Assembly (NCBI GenBank): GCA_037445735.1
Contig: JBBIJY010000006.1
Span: 45,759 to 109,758, forward strand
From: Armatimonadota bacterium
GTDB lineage: Bacteria > Armatimonadota > Fimbriimonadia > Fimbriimonadales > GBS-DC
Direction: 5' to 3'
Length of the DNA stretch: 64,000 nucleotides
Of the stretch, positions 1 to 9,684 are shown piece after piece. The notes beneath the pieces were generated by a model that searched no databases, had not been told where the DNA came from, and saw nothing but the letters and a program-made list of their open reading frames with translations. Both the position numbers and the translations under genes were made by a program. Positions within the stretch are counted from its first letter, which is position 1, and each line of letters starts with the position of its first letter.

Positions 1-1454
1 TCAGGATTGACCGTCGCGCTGGCGGTCTGCGCCACCGTGCCCGTGAGGGGGTCAATCAGCTGGAAAGTCAGCACGAGAGGGTTGCTTGTGCCCACATAGC
101 CGCTGATGGCGACCGTACCCTGCAAGGTGGTGGGTCTATTCTCGGTGGAGAGCCACACTTCCCACTCGGTATCAGCAGCATTGCGGGCAGCCCACAGAAT
201 CTGGCGATTCGCGTTGACCGCAATCACGAGGCTCTCCGCGTTGCGCCCCAGCGCCTGCTGGGTGAGGTTAATGCTGCCGTTGCTGCTCCAGCGATAGTAG
301 AACAGGTTCACCTTATTGGCGGTGGCGCTGCTGGAACCGACCCACACCGCGTTACCGTTATCAAACACGGCATAGCCACTGCTCTGGCGTGCGCCCGACG
401 AGCCGAGCGCCAGCACGCTCGGATTGCGCGTGGCAGCCGGGCTGAGCTGGGAGACGAACACATCATAGTTGTAGCTGGTGCTTTGCCCCTGCCCTGCCCA
501 CAGCACATAGTTGCCAGCAATCGCCACAGGCAACGAGTCGCGACTATTGCCCAGCGCCCCACTGGAAAGGTTGATGCTGTTCACAAAGGTGTCAAAGTAG
601 TTACCTGTCGCGCTGGAGCGACCCAACCACAGCACATTGGTGCCGTCCATATCGTAAGCGGTGGCATCGCGCACGCCGGATCCCAGCGGCGCCGCGCTGA
701 TGTTGACTGCGTTGCGGAACACATCCACATTCCCGCCTGTGCTGCTGCCACCGCCGTACCAGAGGATATTGCCCGAATCGCTGATTTCGACAGCCACAGC
801 AAAGCGCGAGCTGCCCAGCACCGATTGACTGATGTTGGTCGTGCTGAGCGTATTCAGATTGGTGCGGAACACATCGCGGTTCGCCCCGACGTTGTCGCCT
901 GTGCCATCCCACAGCAGCTCATTGCTGGCGTTGAGGGAGCCAGGATAGGAATCGCGATTATTGCCCAGTATGGAGGCGGTGATGTTGGTGCTGCCAACGA
1001 AGATGTCCAGAAATCCGCCCGTATTGCTGCCGGCACCGTACCAGACAGGCTGACCCGTGCTGGTGAACCCAAACCCGAACGCCGTTCGATTGCTACCCAG
1101 CGCCGACGCGCTGATATTGGTGGTGTTCACGAACACATCAAAGACGCCACTGGTCGCCGTGCCAGCCCCTTCCCACAGCAGTTCACCATTTGGACCAGAT
1201 GCAACCGGATTCGCCTGCCGATTACTACCCAGCACACCCGCTGTGTAGTTGTTCGAACTGGTGATGTAAAAAATGTCCTGATCGGACGAACCCGTTAGTG
1301 TGCCCGCCCACGCCGGGATGCCACTCATCGGCAGGATACCATAACCGATTTCGCTGAAGCCCTGCCCGATACGCTGATGGGTGAAGGTCTGGGCGTTGCC
1401 TGCCATCAGCAGAAGTACGAACCCAAGCCATCCGACGATTCGTTTCATTGTCAT
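1..1454 (-). CDS. Exported protein with about 9 tandem ~44-aa repeats (WxG...DVF...NIS...LG..R), then an Ig-like linker; runs off the left edge
   Basis: Hand-translated and absent from the ORF track because there is no stop in the window. AAAGGAG SD precedes ATG 1454, signal peptide MTMKRIVGWLGFVLLLMAGNA, frame open to base 1. Confidence 0.85.
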   Translation of the reverse strand, partial: MTMKRIVGWLGFVLLLMAGNAQTFTHQRIGQGFSEIGYGILPMSGIPAWAGTLTGSSDQDIFYITSSNNYTAGVLGSNRQANPVASGPNGELLWEGAGTATSGVFDVFVNTTNISASALGSNRTAFGFGFTSTGQPVWYGAGSNTGGFLDIFVGSTNITASILGNNRDSYPGSLNASNELLWDGTGDNVGANRDVFRTNLNTLSTTNISQSVLGSSRFAVAVEISDSGNILWYGGGSSTGGNVDVFRNAVNISAAPLGSGVRDATAYDMDGTNVLWLGRSSATGNYFDTFVNSINLSSGALGNSRDSLPVAIAGNYVLWAGQGQSTSYNYDVFVSQLSPAATRNPSVLALGSSGARQSSGYAVFDNGNAVWVGSSSATANKVNLFYYRWSSNGSINLTQQALGRNAESLVIAVNANRQILWAARNAADTEWEVWLSTENRPTTLQGTVAISGYVGTSNPLVLTFQLIDPLTGTVAQTASATVNP

Positions 1455-1560
1455 TCGGCTCCTTTCGGCGTGCAAAAGTGCCCTGCCGGGTTCTCGGCAG
1501 GGATGCCACACGCCTGCTATAGTATACCACACTTTTGACCCGTTGAGGGCGTTGCCTGTT

Positions 1561-2454
1561 TCATGGCAGCGCGGTCTCATGGAACACGCGCCGCAGCGAC
1601 ACACGCCAGATGAGCCAGGTCGCCAGCAGCGTGATCAGGAACAGAATCCACGCCATCGCGCACGCATGCCCCATTCGGAAGAACTGGAACGCATTCTGGA
1701 ACAGATAGAGCGCGTAGAAAAGGGTGCTGTTTTCGGGACCGCCCTGCGTCGCGATGAAGGTCTGCGTGAAATACTGGAAAGTGCCAATCACGCCCACAAT
1801 CACCATGTAGAGGATGACGGGCGCAATCTGGGGCAGGGTGATGTGGCGGATGAGCTGCCAGCTGCTCGCCCCGTCCAGCAGCGCCGCTTCGTACAGGTGG
1901 CTCGGCACGCCCTGCAACGCCGCCAGATAGATAACCATCACGCCACCGATAGCCCACAGATCCATCACGATAAAGCCCCACTTCGAAGTCGCAGGGTCAG
2001 TGAACCAGTTGATAGGCTCCAGCCCGACGCGCACCAGCGCGTGATTGAGCGGTGCCGCCAGCCCGTTCTGCGGGTTCAGCACCCACAGCCACAGAAACGC
2101 CGTCGCGACCGCTGGCACCACGCTCGGCACATAAAACAGCGTGCGATACAGCGCCTGACCCCGCAACCGCAAATTGAGCAATAATGCCAGCCCGATGCCC
2201 AGCACCACGCTCAGCGGCACCTCAAGCATGATAAACAGCGTGTTGAGCATCGAGCGCCAGAAATAGTCAGGGTCGGTTAGCAAGCTGCGATAGTTCTCCA
2301 GCCCCACCCAGCGCGGCGCACTCAGCACCCGATAGTCGCAGAAGCTCAGGTAGAGCGTTGCCAGAATGGGATAGAGCGTGAATAGCAGAAAGCCCGTCAG
2401 CCACGGCAACACGAACAGGTAGCCCCACAGCGTGCGCTGCCACTCCCGACTCAT
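1561..2454 (-). CDS. Carbohydrate ABC transporter permease
   Basis: WVGLENY motif, EAA loop LYEAALLDGA, TQGGP, multiple TM helices. Confidence 0.93.
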   Translation of the reverse strand: MSREWQRTLWGYLFVLPWLTGFLLFTLYPILATLYLSFCDYRVLSAPRWVGLENYRSLLTDPDYFWRSMLNTLFIMLEVPLSVVLGIGLALLLNLRLRGQALYRTLFYVPSVVPAVATAFLWLWVLNPQNGLAAPLNHALVRVGLEPINWFTDPATSKWGFIVMDLWAIGGVMVIYLAALQGVPSHLYEAALLDGASSWQLIRHITLPQIAPVILYMVIVGVIGTFQYFTQTFIATQGGPENSTLFYALYLFQNAFQFFRMGHACAMAWILFLITLLATWLIWRVSLRRVFHETALP

Positions 2455-2477
2455 CTTGCACCCTTCCAGAGCATACC

Positions 2478-3536
2478 TTACAGCCAGCCTTTGCGCCGAA
2501 AATAGAGCGTCAGCCCTATCGCGATGCCCAGCATCAGCAGCATCACGGCGGGATAGCCCCAGCGCCAGTGCAGTTCAGGCATATAATCAAAGTTCATGCC
2601 GTACACGCCCACGATGAAGGTGATGGGCATGAAGATGGTGGCGATAATCGTGAGCGTTTTCATCACCTCGTTCAGGCGCGTGCTGGTCGCCGACAGGTGC
2701 AGCTCCACCAGGTTGCCCAGCATCTCGCGATAGGTGGTGAGGTTCTCGATCACATACATCAGGTGGTCGTACACATCGCGCATGTAGAGGCGGGTTCTCT
2801 CCTCGATGTAAGAGGTCTCGCCGCGGGCGAGCCAGCCGATTGCCTCGCGCAGGGGCCAGACCGCATGGTTGAACTCCAGCAGGGCATGCCGCCACGCCTG
2901 CACCCGCCTCAACATCGAGCCGTCTGTCCGCTCAATCAGAGCGCCTTCCAGCCGCTCGATCTGGTCGCCCACATGCTCCAGCACCACGAAGTAGTGGTCC
3001 ACAATCGCGTCGATAAGCGAATATGCCAGGAAGTCGGCGCCGCGCGTGCGCAATCGGCTCTGGGGGGAGCGGAGCCGCTCGCGGATGGGGTCAAACAGCC
3101 CGCAATCGCGCTCCTGGAACGACAGCACGAAATCGGCGCCAATCACAAGGCTGACCTGCTCCGACTCGATGCGGTGTGCGCGGGTATCGAAGGTGAGCGA
3201 GCGCATCACCAGATAGAGGTAGCCCTCGTACTCTTCAGCTTTGGGGCGCTGGTGCGTGTTGAGGATGTCCTCTAAAGTGAGCGGGTGCAGCTGGAAGGCT
3301 TCGGCAATCGTACGGATGGCGTCCACATCGTGCAGCCCCACCACATCGAGCCACAGCAATGTGCCTTCCTGACGCAGGTGGGCACACTCGTCAGGGCGCA
3401 CAGTGCGCTCTTCGAAGGTGGTCGGATTATAGCAATAGGCGCGGCAGGTGAGCTGCTCCACCTTCGGTCGCCCGATATATACGGGCGTGCCCGGCGGCAA
3501 TCCCGCTTTTTGCCCGCGACCCTTCGGTTGATTCAT
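2478..3536 (-). CDS. corA: Magnesium/cobalt transporter CorA
   Basis: KAGLPPGT N-terminus, YGMNF and MPEL signatures; GAGGAG SD before ATG 3536. Confidence 0.95.
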   Translation of the reverse strand: MNQPKGRGQKAGLPPGTPVYIGRPKVEQLTCRAYCYNPTTFEERTVRPDECAHLRQEGTLLWLDVVGLHDVDAIRTIAEAFQLHPLTLEDILNTHQRPKAEEYEGYLYLVMRSLTFDTRAHRIESEQVSLVIGADFVLSFQERDCGLFDPIRERLRSPQSRLRTRGADFLAYSLIDAIVDHYFVVLEHVGDQIERLEGALIERTDGSMLRRVQAWRHALLEFNHAVWPLREAIGWLARGETSYIEERTRLYMRDVYDHLMYVIENLTTYREMLGNLVELHLSATSTRLNEVMKTLTIIATIFMPITFIVGVYGMNFDYMPELHWRWGYPAVMLLMLGIAIGLTLYFRRKGWL

Positions 3537-3608
3537 CTGCCGTATCTCCTCTGGCAGCTTATCGCGTTCACGCTTAGCTCGACTCGTGAGATTGACCGTA
3601 TAGCTCAA
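3537..3608 (-). pseudogene. 24-codon N-terminal remnant of a RelE/ParE-like toxin, in frame with corA
   Basis: MSYTVNLTSRAKRERDKLPEEIRQ resembles RelE N-termini; its TTG start overlaps the upstream TGA stop. Confidence 0.55.
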
Positions 3609-3958
3609 TCTGTCTCTTCTCTCTCTTCCAATAGGGCGTGCAGGTTAAATCGCTCGCCAGTATCCTGAAGGGTGTCCAGGAGCGCGCAGAGAGCATCGTA
3701 TTCATCCTGGAGTTCAGGGGGTAGCATTTCCCAGTCGAACTCGCCGTAACGGCGGATGCAATCCTGTTCAATCTCGCGGATGCGTGCAAGCGCTTTCGCG
3801 CCGTTCTCCATACCGGGTGGCCAGAGGGCTGGATCCGTGATGTTTGCCTGCACCAGCAACTGGATATAGACCGCTGTTTCGAGCCGAACAGCGGTGGGCT
3901 TGCCCGCTGAATCGGTCTCGAACTGCGGTCGGTTCGACATGGTTGGGCTGGTTGCCAT
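3605..3958 (-). CDS. Hypothetical protein, putative antitoxin
   Basis: Acidic 117 aa; PQFETDSAGKPTAVRL resembles antitoxin N-termini; coupled to the RelE-like remnant. Confidence 0.55.
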   Translation of the reverse strand: MATSPTMSNRPQFETDSAGKPTAVRLETAVYIQLLVQANITDPALWPPGMENGAKALARIREIEQDCIRRYGEFDWEMLPPELQDEYDALCALLDTLQDTGERFNLHALLEEREETD

Positions 3959-3982
3959 TTATCTCACCATCTGTAGGATACC

Positions 3983-4471
3983 CTATCTCCCTGAAGCCAT
4001 CTGTTTGAGGAACGCGCCATATTCAGGCGTGTCGAGGTCGTCAAGCCACATGATCAGCGCGTCTTCGCCGTCGTCGTAGTAGCGTTTACGGATGCCGACG
4101 GGTCGGAAGCCGAACTTTTTGTAGAGGTTCTGGGCGGGCGTGTTGTTAGCGCGCACCTCCAGCGTGGCGCGACGCATTCCGCGCTCGCGCGCGGTGGCAA
4201 GCAGGCGATGCAGCAGCCGCCTGCCGAAGCCCTGCTGCTGATATTCGGGCTCCACCGCAATGTTGGTGATATGAAACTCGTCCACGATGAACCAGCCGCC
4301 CGCATAGCCCACGATTTTGCCGTCCATGCGCAGAATCAGATAGAGCGCGGCGGGGTTGCGCAGGTCGCGTCGGAACGCCTCCTCCGACCAGCCCGGCTGG
4401 AACACCCTGCGCTCGATGCGCATCACTTCGGGCAGATGTTCCTCCCGCATCGGCTCGATGGTGATGGTCAT
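3983..4471 (-). CDS. rimI: Ribosomal protein alanine N-acetyltransferase RimI
   Basis: GNAT motifs HITNIAV, TLEVRANN, GIRKRYY, EDALIM. Confidence 0.92.
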   Translation of the reverse strand: MTITIEPMREEHLPEVMRIERRVFQPGWSEEAFRRDLRNPAALYLILRMDGKIVGYAGGWFIVDEFHITNIAVEPEYQQQGFGRRLLHRLLATARERGMRRATLEVRANNTPAQNLYKKFGFRPVGIRKRYYDDGEDALIMWLDDLDTPEYGAFLKQMASGR

Positions 4472-4489
4472 CCGCGAGATTGTACCTCG

Positions 4490-5551
4490 CTATGGCAGTT
4501 CCACGCTGCTGCTATCGCCCAGCATCAGGCGCAGGGCGCGCGGGCGACGCGCCCTGCCCGACACCAGCACATTCTTGCCCAGCAGGCTCCCTTCGATGCG
4601 CGCCTCAATCTGCTCGATACGGCTGCCGTCCAGCACGATGCTGTACTCGATCTCGCACGCACGCAGCTGCACCCCATCGCCGATGGAGGTAAACGGACCC
4701 ACATAGCACTCTTCGAGCGTGCAGTCGCGCCCGATGATGGCGGGACCCCGCACAGTGCAGCGCACGAGTCGGCTGCCTGCGCCGACGACCACCCGCCCGT
4801 GCAGCTGGCTCTCCACCAGCTCGCCCGCCACTTCGCCCTCCAGATCCTCCAGCACGAGGCGGTTCGCCTCCAGCAGCGCGTCGAGACTGCCGGTGTCCTT
4901 CCACCAGCCTGTGATGGTGTGCGAGCGCACCGTGTAGCCGTGATCGATCAGATACTGAATGGCGTCGGTGATTTCGAGTTCGTTCCGCCATGAGGGTTTG
5001 ATCGCGCGGGCGGCTTCGAAGATGTGGTGGTCGAACAGGTAGACGCCGACCAGCGCGAAGTTCGAGGGTGGCGCGCTCGGTTTTTCGATGAGTTTGACCA
5101 CGCGCCGTCCGCGCAGCACCGCCACGCCGAACTCCTGCGGGTTGGGCACCTCCGCCAGCAGGATCAGCGCGTTGGGGCGGTCGCGCTCGAACTCGCGCAC
5201 CAGCGGCGCAATACTGGATTTGACGATATTATCGCCCAGATACATCACGAAGGGCGTCTGACCCAGATAGGGTTCCGCGACCAGCACGGCGTGCGCCAGC
5301 CCCAGCGGTTCCGGTTGCGGGATGTAGGTCACCTGCAGTCCCCATCGGGCGCCGTCGCCGACCGCTGCCTGAATCTCAGCGGCGGTCTCGCCCACGATGA
5401 TGCCCACTTCGCGGATGCCCGCCTGCGCGACGGCTTCCAGCCCGTAGAACAGCACGGGCTTGTTCGCGACGGGCACGAGCTGCTTCGCCATGCTGTAGGT
5501 GATGGGGCGCAGGCGCGTGCCTCTGCCACCGGCCAGTATCAACGCTTTCAT
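4490..5551 (-). CDS. Glucose-1-phosphate thymidylyltransferase (long form)
   Basis: MKALILAGGRGTRLRP, KQLVPVANKP, ELEITDA, WKDTG; ATG overlaps the upstream TGA. Confidence 0.93.
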   Translation of the reverse strand: MKALILAGGRGTRLRPITYSMAKQLVPVANKPVLFYGLEAVAQAGIREVGIIVGETAAEIQAAVGDGARWGLQVTYIPQPEPLGLAHAVLVAEPYLGQTPFVMYLGDNIVKSSIAPLVREFERDRPNALILLAEVPNPQEFGVAVLRGRRVVKLIEKPSAPPSNFALVGVYLFDHHIFEAARAIKPSWRNELEITDAIQYLIDHGYTVRSHTITGWWKDTGSLDALLEANRLVLEDLEGEVAGELVESQLHGRVVVGAGSRLVRCTVRGPAIIGRDCTLEECYVGPFTSIGDGVQLRACEIEYSIVLDGSRIEQIEARIEGSLLGKNVLVSGRARRPRALRLMLGDSSSVELP

Positions 5552-6624
5552 CGAAGCAGGCTCATGAGCCAGATGCGCCATACCTGCCAGAAGGCGGTGC
5601 TGTAGAGTGCCAGCGTCGTGGCGAGGGCGCGCGCTCGTTGCAGCCATTCGCGCCCCACCGACTGGCTGCTCGCCCGCGATTTGAGATGCTCGTTCAGCCA
5701 GCTCGTGATGGCGTTCAGCACATTGGGCATCTCGGCAGGCGGCGGCACATGCCCGCCTTTGTACCAGATAATCTTCTTCGGTTCACGCGCAGCTTCGTGC
5801 AGGGCTTTATTGGAGTCGACGGGCACCACATCGTCCGCATCGCCGTTGATCATCAGCACAGGGCGCGGGCTGATGCGCCCCACCCACAGCACAGGGTCCA
5901 CCACCTCCATCGCCCGAAGCGCCTCTTCAATCTCCTTACTGGAGCGATTCTGACGGAAGACCGACAGCACGCTTTTTTCCATCAGAATCTTCCAGTTGCC
6001 GCCGGCGACCAGCAGCACGGGCGCCTGCACGCGCTCGTCCACGCCCGCAAAAATCGCGCCCAGTATGCCGCCCATGCTCGCGCCGATGTAGCCGATGCGT
6101 TTCGGGTCGATCTCAGGGCGTGTTTCGAGATAGTCCAGCGCCCGGCGCAGGTCAATCACAGTCTGGATCAGCGCGTCACGCGAATAGTAGGGATAGATGC
6201 CAAAGAAGGGCAATGGCTCTTTCGGCTTACGCTCGCCGTGATACTGCGCATCGATGGCGAAGAGCGCGTAGCCGGCGTTCGTGAGCATCGGCCAGAGCAT
6301 CTTGAACATCGTCTTATCACCGCCCAGCCCGTGCATCAGTATCACGCAGGGCAGTTTCTGCCCTTCGGGGCGGTTTTTGGGCAGCACCAGAAAGGCGGGC
6401 ACACGCTGATCGCGCGCACTGCGATAGACCACCTTGTAGCAGATGTAGCTGGCGGTCTCTTCGGCGGTCGACACTTCGGGGCTAAGCGGCAGGTTTTTGT
6501 CGTAGCCGAATATCCAGTCGGGGTCGGGCACGCGCGGCGCATTATTCTGCGCCTGCGTGCAACCCGTCAGCATCATGAGCGCCCATAAGCCCGCAAGCGA
6601 GAGCAACGGCTTGAATCTCATCAT
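5548..6624 (-). CDS. Alpha/beta hydrolase (esterase), probable lipoprotein
   Basis: LTGC lipobox, HGLGG, GASMGG nucleophile elbow, DVVP and GGH. Confidence 0.85.
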   Translation of the reverse strand: MMRFKPLLSLAGLWALMMLTGCTQAQNNAPRVPDPDWIFGYDKNLPLSPEVSTAEETASYICYKVVYRSARDQRVPAFLVLPKNRPEGQKLPCVILMHGLGGDKTMFKMLWPMLTNAGYALFAIDAQYHGERKPKEPLPFFGIYPYYSRDALIQTVIDLRRALDYLETRPEIDPKRIGYIGASMGGILGAIFAGVDERVQAPVLLVAGGNWKILMEKSVLSVFRQNRSSKEIEEALRAMEVVDPVLWVGRISPRPVLMINGDADDVVPVDSNKALHEAAREPKKIIWYKGGHVPPPAEMPNVLNAITSWLNEHLKSRASSQSVGREWLQRARALATTLALYSTAFWQVWRIWLMSLLR

Positions 6625-6661
6625 GGCTGTTGATTTTCGGGAGTGCGGGCACAAATCCTGC

Positions 6662-7027
6662 TTACTCGACAGGCGAAAAGGCGTCGGGATAGTGGCGAAT
6701 CTGGGGGCGGTGGGCGCGGAGATCGACCACCACCACATCGAAACGGCACTCCTCATAGGGCAGGGTCGGGTTCTCGTCCAGAAAGCGCTGGGCGAGGCGG
6801 GTCAGCTGACGCTGCTTGCGCTCGTCGACGCTCTCTTCAGGGCTGCCGAGGGTATCGGAGCGGCGGGTCTTCACCTCCACAAACACCAGCGTTGCGCCCT
6901 GCATCGCGACGAGATCCAGCTCGCCCTCGCGACGGCGCCAGTTGCGGGCAAGCAGGCAGTAGCCCTGTTGCTGGAGCCATTCCGCCGCCGCCTGCTCGCC
7001 CCATCGCCCCAGCACGCTTCGTTTCAT
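6662..7027 (-). CDS. YraN/UPF0102 family protein
   Basis: LGRWGE, GELDLV, FVEVKTR, RFDVV. Confidence 0.93.
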   Translation of the reverse strand: MKRSVLGRWGEQAAAEWLQQQGYCLLARNWRRREGELDLVAMQGATLVFVEVKTRRSDTLGSPEESVDERKQRQLTRLAQRFLDENPTLPYEECRFDVVVVDLRAHRPQIRHYPDAFSPVE

Positions 7028-8697
7028 TCGCCTGTCTGACCGAAGTTGAACAGCACCAGCAACAGATCGGCGTCATCTACGACGCCGTTCCCATCCAGAT
7101 CGGCGGGCAGGTTCGTGCCGCTCTGCCCGAACGCGAACAGCACCTGCAGCAGGTCGGCATCATCAATCCCATTATCGCCGTTTATATCGCCTGGCACCAG
7201 AGTCACATTCACATTTGTCAGCCCTGGATAGCGCACCCGCTGGTTGGCGACCCGCTTCAGCAGTGTGCCCTGTGCGCGGATAGCCAGATCATAGTAGCCC
7301 AGATAGTTGAAGAAGCTCACGCTGTAGGCGCCCGTGCTACTGGCGGTCGTGTTCGCGGTTGCCAGCACGGTGCTGCTGTTGAGCGGGCGCAGCTTGACCT
7401 CCACAGGGCGACCGTTGTAGGAGCCAGTGAAGCCATTAATTGTGATGCGCCCGCTGATGGGCACGGTCAACGCCTGCTGAACGGCATTCGAGACGCTGAT
7501 GCGCCCGTATGCCACATAGTTGCCCGGCACGGGCACGGCGGTCGACTCGATCAGGGTGCGCACCGCCTGCGCCCGCGCCTGACTGCGGTCTGAGGGTCCG
7601 TCGGCAACCAGCGGATAAAGCAGCAGCGCCTGCGCCGCGACCATCGGGGCGGCATACGAGGTGTAGCCGTCCCTGTTACGACTGTAGCCTCCTGATCGGG
7701 TGGTCGAATAGACATCCCCGCTGGGCGCCGCGACATCGACCCAGCTGCCATAGGTGGAGACGCTCGATTTTGTGTCGTCCAGATTGCAGGCGGCGACGGC
7801 GATGCAGACCGGGTAGTAGGCAGGATAGAAGGGGTTCGTGTTGTTATTGTTGCCCGCGGCAGCGACAATCACCACGCCTGCGCTCCAGGCGTTATTCAGC
7901 GCCGTCTGCAGGCTGGACATCGGCGTGTCGCTTCCAATGCTCAGATTAATCACATGCGCGCCCTGCGCGACAGCGTAGCTGATGCCATCCAGAAGGTCGC
8001 TCAAGAAGCCCTGTCCCGCATCGTTGAACACTTTCACGGGCAGCACCCTGCCTTCAGGTGCGATGCAGGCGACGCCGATGCCATTATTGGTCACCGCGCC
8101 CGCTATCCCTGCCACGAAAGTGCCGTGCCCGAACGGATCGCTGGGGTCATTATCGTCGTTGCCGAAGTCGTAGCCAGGAAGGAGCTTCGCCTGCAGGTCG
8201 GGATGCGTGCGCAACACCCCTGTGTCCAGCGGGGCAACAATAAACTGGCTGCTGCCGCGCCAGTAGTCCCACGCCTGCGGGCAGCCGATATGGGGCAGTG
8301 CAGGTTGCTGCGGATAGAGCGGGTCATTCGGTGTCCAGTCGGCTAACTGCAGCTCCCAGTTCAGGTCGGCAATCGCCACCCAGCCCGACTGGAGCAGCTG
8401 GGCGCACAGCGCGGGCACATCAGCGAGCGGATTGACCTGCCAGAGCTCGATGCCCAGCCAGTCGCTGGTGCTCAATACGCGCGCGCCAGCCATCTGGCGC
8501 ACCCACGCCCGCTGAATTGGGGGCACATCGTCGCGAAACTTCACCAGCAGCTGCCCCGGCGCATAGCGCGACTCATGGCTCTGCCTGCTCAAGGCGAACG
8601 GCAGGCGTTGCGGGAACAACCGCCCTGCCCCCAACTCATCGGCAAATGCCTGCCAGCAACAGACCAGAAGCATAAAGAGCGCGATTCCCTTTCGCAT
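7024..8697 (-). CDS. Secreted S8 subtilase with C-terminal Ig-like and dockerin-like modules
   Basis: Signal peptide; triad motifs LDTG, GHGT, TSYAAP; AAAGN; two DxNxD..DDADLL repeats at the C-terminus. Confidence 0.92.
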   Translation of the reverse strand: MRKGIALFMLLVCCWQAFADELGAGRLFPQRLPFALSRQSHESRYAPGQLLVKFRDDVPPIQRAWVRQMAGARVLSTSDWLGIELWQVNPLADVPALCAQLLQSGWVAIADLNWELQLADWTPNDPLYPQQPALPHIGCPQAWDYWRGSSQFIVAPLDTGVLRTHPDLQAKLLPGYDFGNDDNDPSDPFGHGTFVAGIAGAVTNNGIGVACIAPEGRVLPVKVFNDAGQGFLSDLLDGISYAVAQGAHVINLSIGSDTPMSSLQTALNNAWSAGVVIVAAAGNNNNTNPFYPAYYPVCIAVAACNLDDTKSSVSTYGSWVDVAAPSGDVYSTTRSGGYSRNRDGYTSYAAPMVAAQALLLYPLVADGPSDRSQARAQAVRTLIESTAVPVPGNYVAYGRISVSNAVQQALTVPISGRITINGFTGSYNGRPVEVKLRPLNSSTVLATANTTASSTGAYSVSFFNYLGYYDLAIRAQGTLLKRVANQRVRYPGLTNVNVTLVPGDINGDNGIDDADLLQVLFAFGQSGTNLPADLDGNGVVDDADLLLVLFNFGQTGE

Positions 8698-8759
8698 CGG
8701 TTGACCTCCGCTCTATTATACACCAGTCGGGCTGGTTTCAAACGCGCCGTCGCCGCGCC

Positions 8760-8777
8760 TTAACATCCCGTTAACAT
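8760..8777 (+). promoter_or_regulatory. Putative Pho box (TTAACAT-N4-TTAACAT)
   Basis: Direct repeat with 11-bp period, 25-42 nt upstream of the pstB ATG; matches the PhoP-type TT(A/T/C)ACA box. Confidence 0.65.
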
Positions 8778-8801
8778 CGAATCGGGTATTACTCTCTGGA
8801 A

Positions 8802-9614
8802 ATGGCGGATCGGTTTGGCGTGGAGCTGTTGCCGATGGAGCAGGAGAAACAGGTGGAGCCGCCCGCGCGCATCCTCACGCGCGGACTGAATGTCTATTAT
8901 GGCAGCTTCCACGCGCTCAAAAATGTGGATATCGAAATCAAAGCGAACAGCATCACCGCTTTGATTGGTCCCTCTGGCTGCGGCAAAAGCACCTTCCTGC
9001 GCTGTCTGAACCGCATGAACGACTTAATTGAAGGGGCGCGGGTGACGGGCGAGGTGATTCTCGACGGCAAGAACATCTATGACCCTGATGTGGATGTGGT
9101 GGAGTTGCGCAAGCGGGTGGGGATGGTGTTCCAGAAGCCGAACCCGTTCCCGATGAGCATCTACGATAATGTCGCCTACGGTCCGCGCATGCATGGCATT
9201 CGCGATCGGCGCGTGCTGGACGAAATTGTGGAGCAGAGCCTCAAGCGTGCCGCGCTGTGGAACGAGGTCAAGGATAAGCTGCGCCAGTCGGGGCTGGCGC
9301 TTTCGGGCGGACAGCAGCAGCGACTCTGCATCGCCCGCGTGCTGGCGGTCAACCCCGAAGTGATTCTGATGGACGAGCCGACCTCCGCGCTGGACCCGAC
9401 CGCCACCTTCTATATCGAAGAGCTGCTGACCGAACTCAAATCGGAATACACGATTGTGATTGTTACGCACGGCATGCAGCAGGCGGCGCGAATCTCCGAC
9501 TACACAGGCTTCTTCCTGAACGGTGTCCTGCACGAGTTCAACACCACCGAGAAAATCTTCACCGTGCCCGATAAACGCGAGACCGAAGACTACATTCGCG
9601 GGCGGTTCGGATAA
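8802..9614 (+). CDS. pstB: Phosphate ABC transporter ATP-binding protein
   Basis: [45 protein letters not shown]. Confidence 0.96.
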   Translation: MADRFGVELLPMEQEKQVEPPARILTRGLNVYYGSFHALKNVDIEIKANSITALIGPSGCGKSTFLRCLNRMNDLIEGARVTGEVILDGKNIYDPDVDVVELRKRVGMVFQKPNPFPMSIYDNVAYGPRMHGIRDRRVLDEIVEQSLKRAALWNEVKDKLRQSGLALSGGQQQRLCIARVLAVNPEVILMDEPTSALDPTATFYIEELLTELKSEYTIVIVTHGMQQAARISDYTGFFLNGVLHEFNTTEKIFTVPDKRETEDYIRGRFG

Positions 9615-9684
9615 CTGACCGCCTCGCCCCAATAGCAGGCAATGCCCCTCTTCTGAAGTATAATAGCGGTGAGGAGGAACTCAT

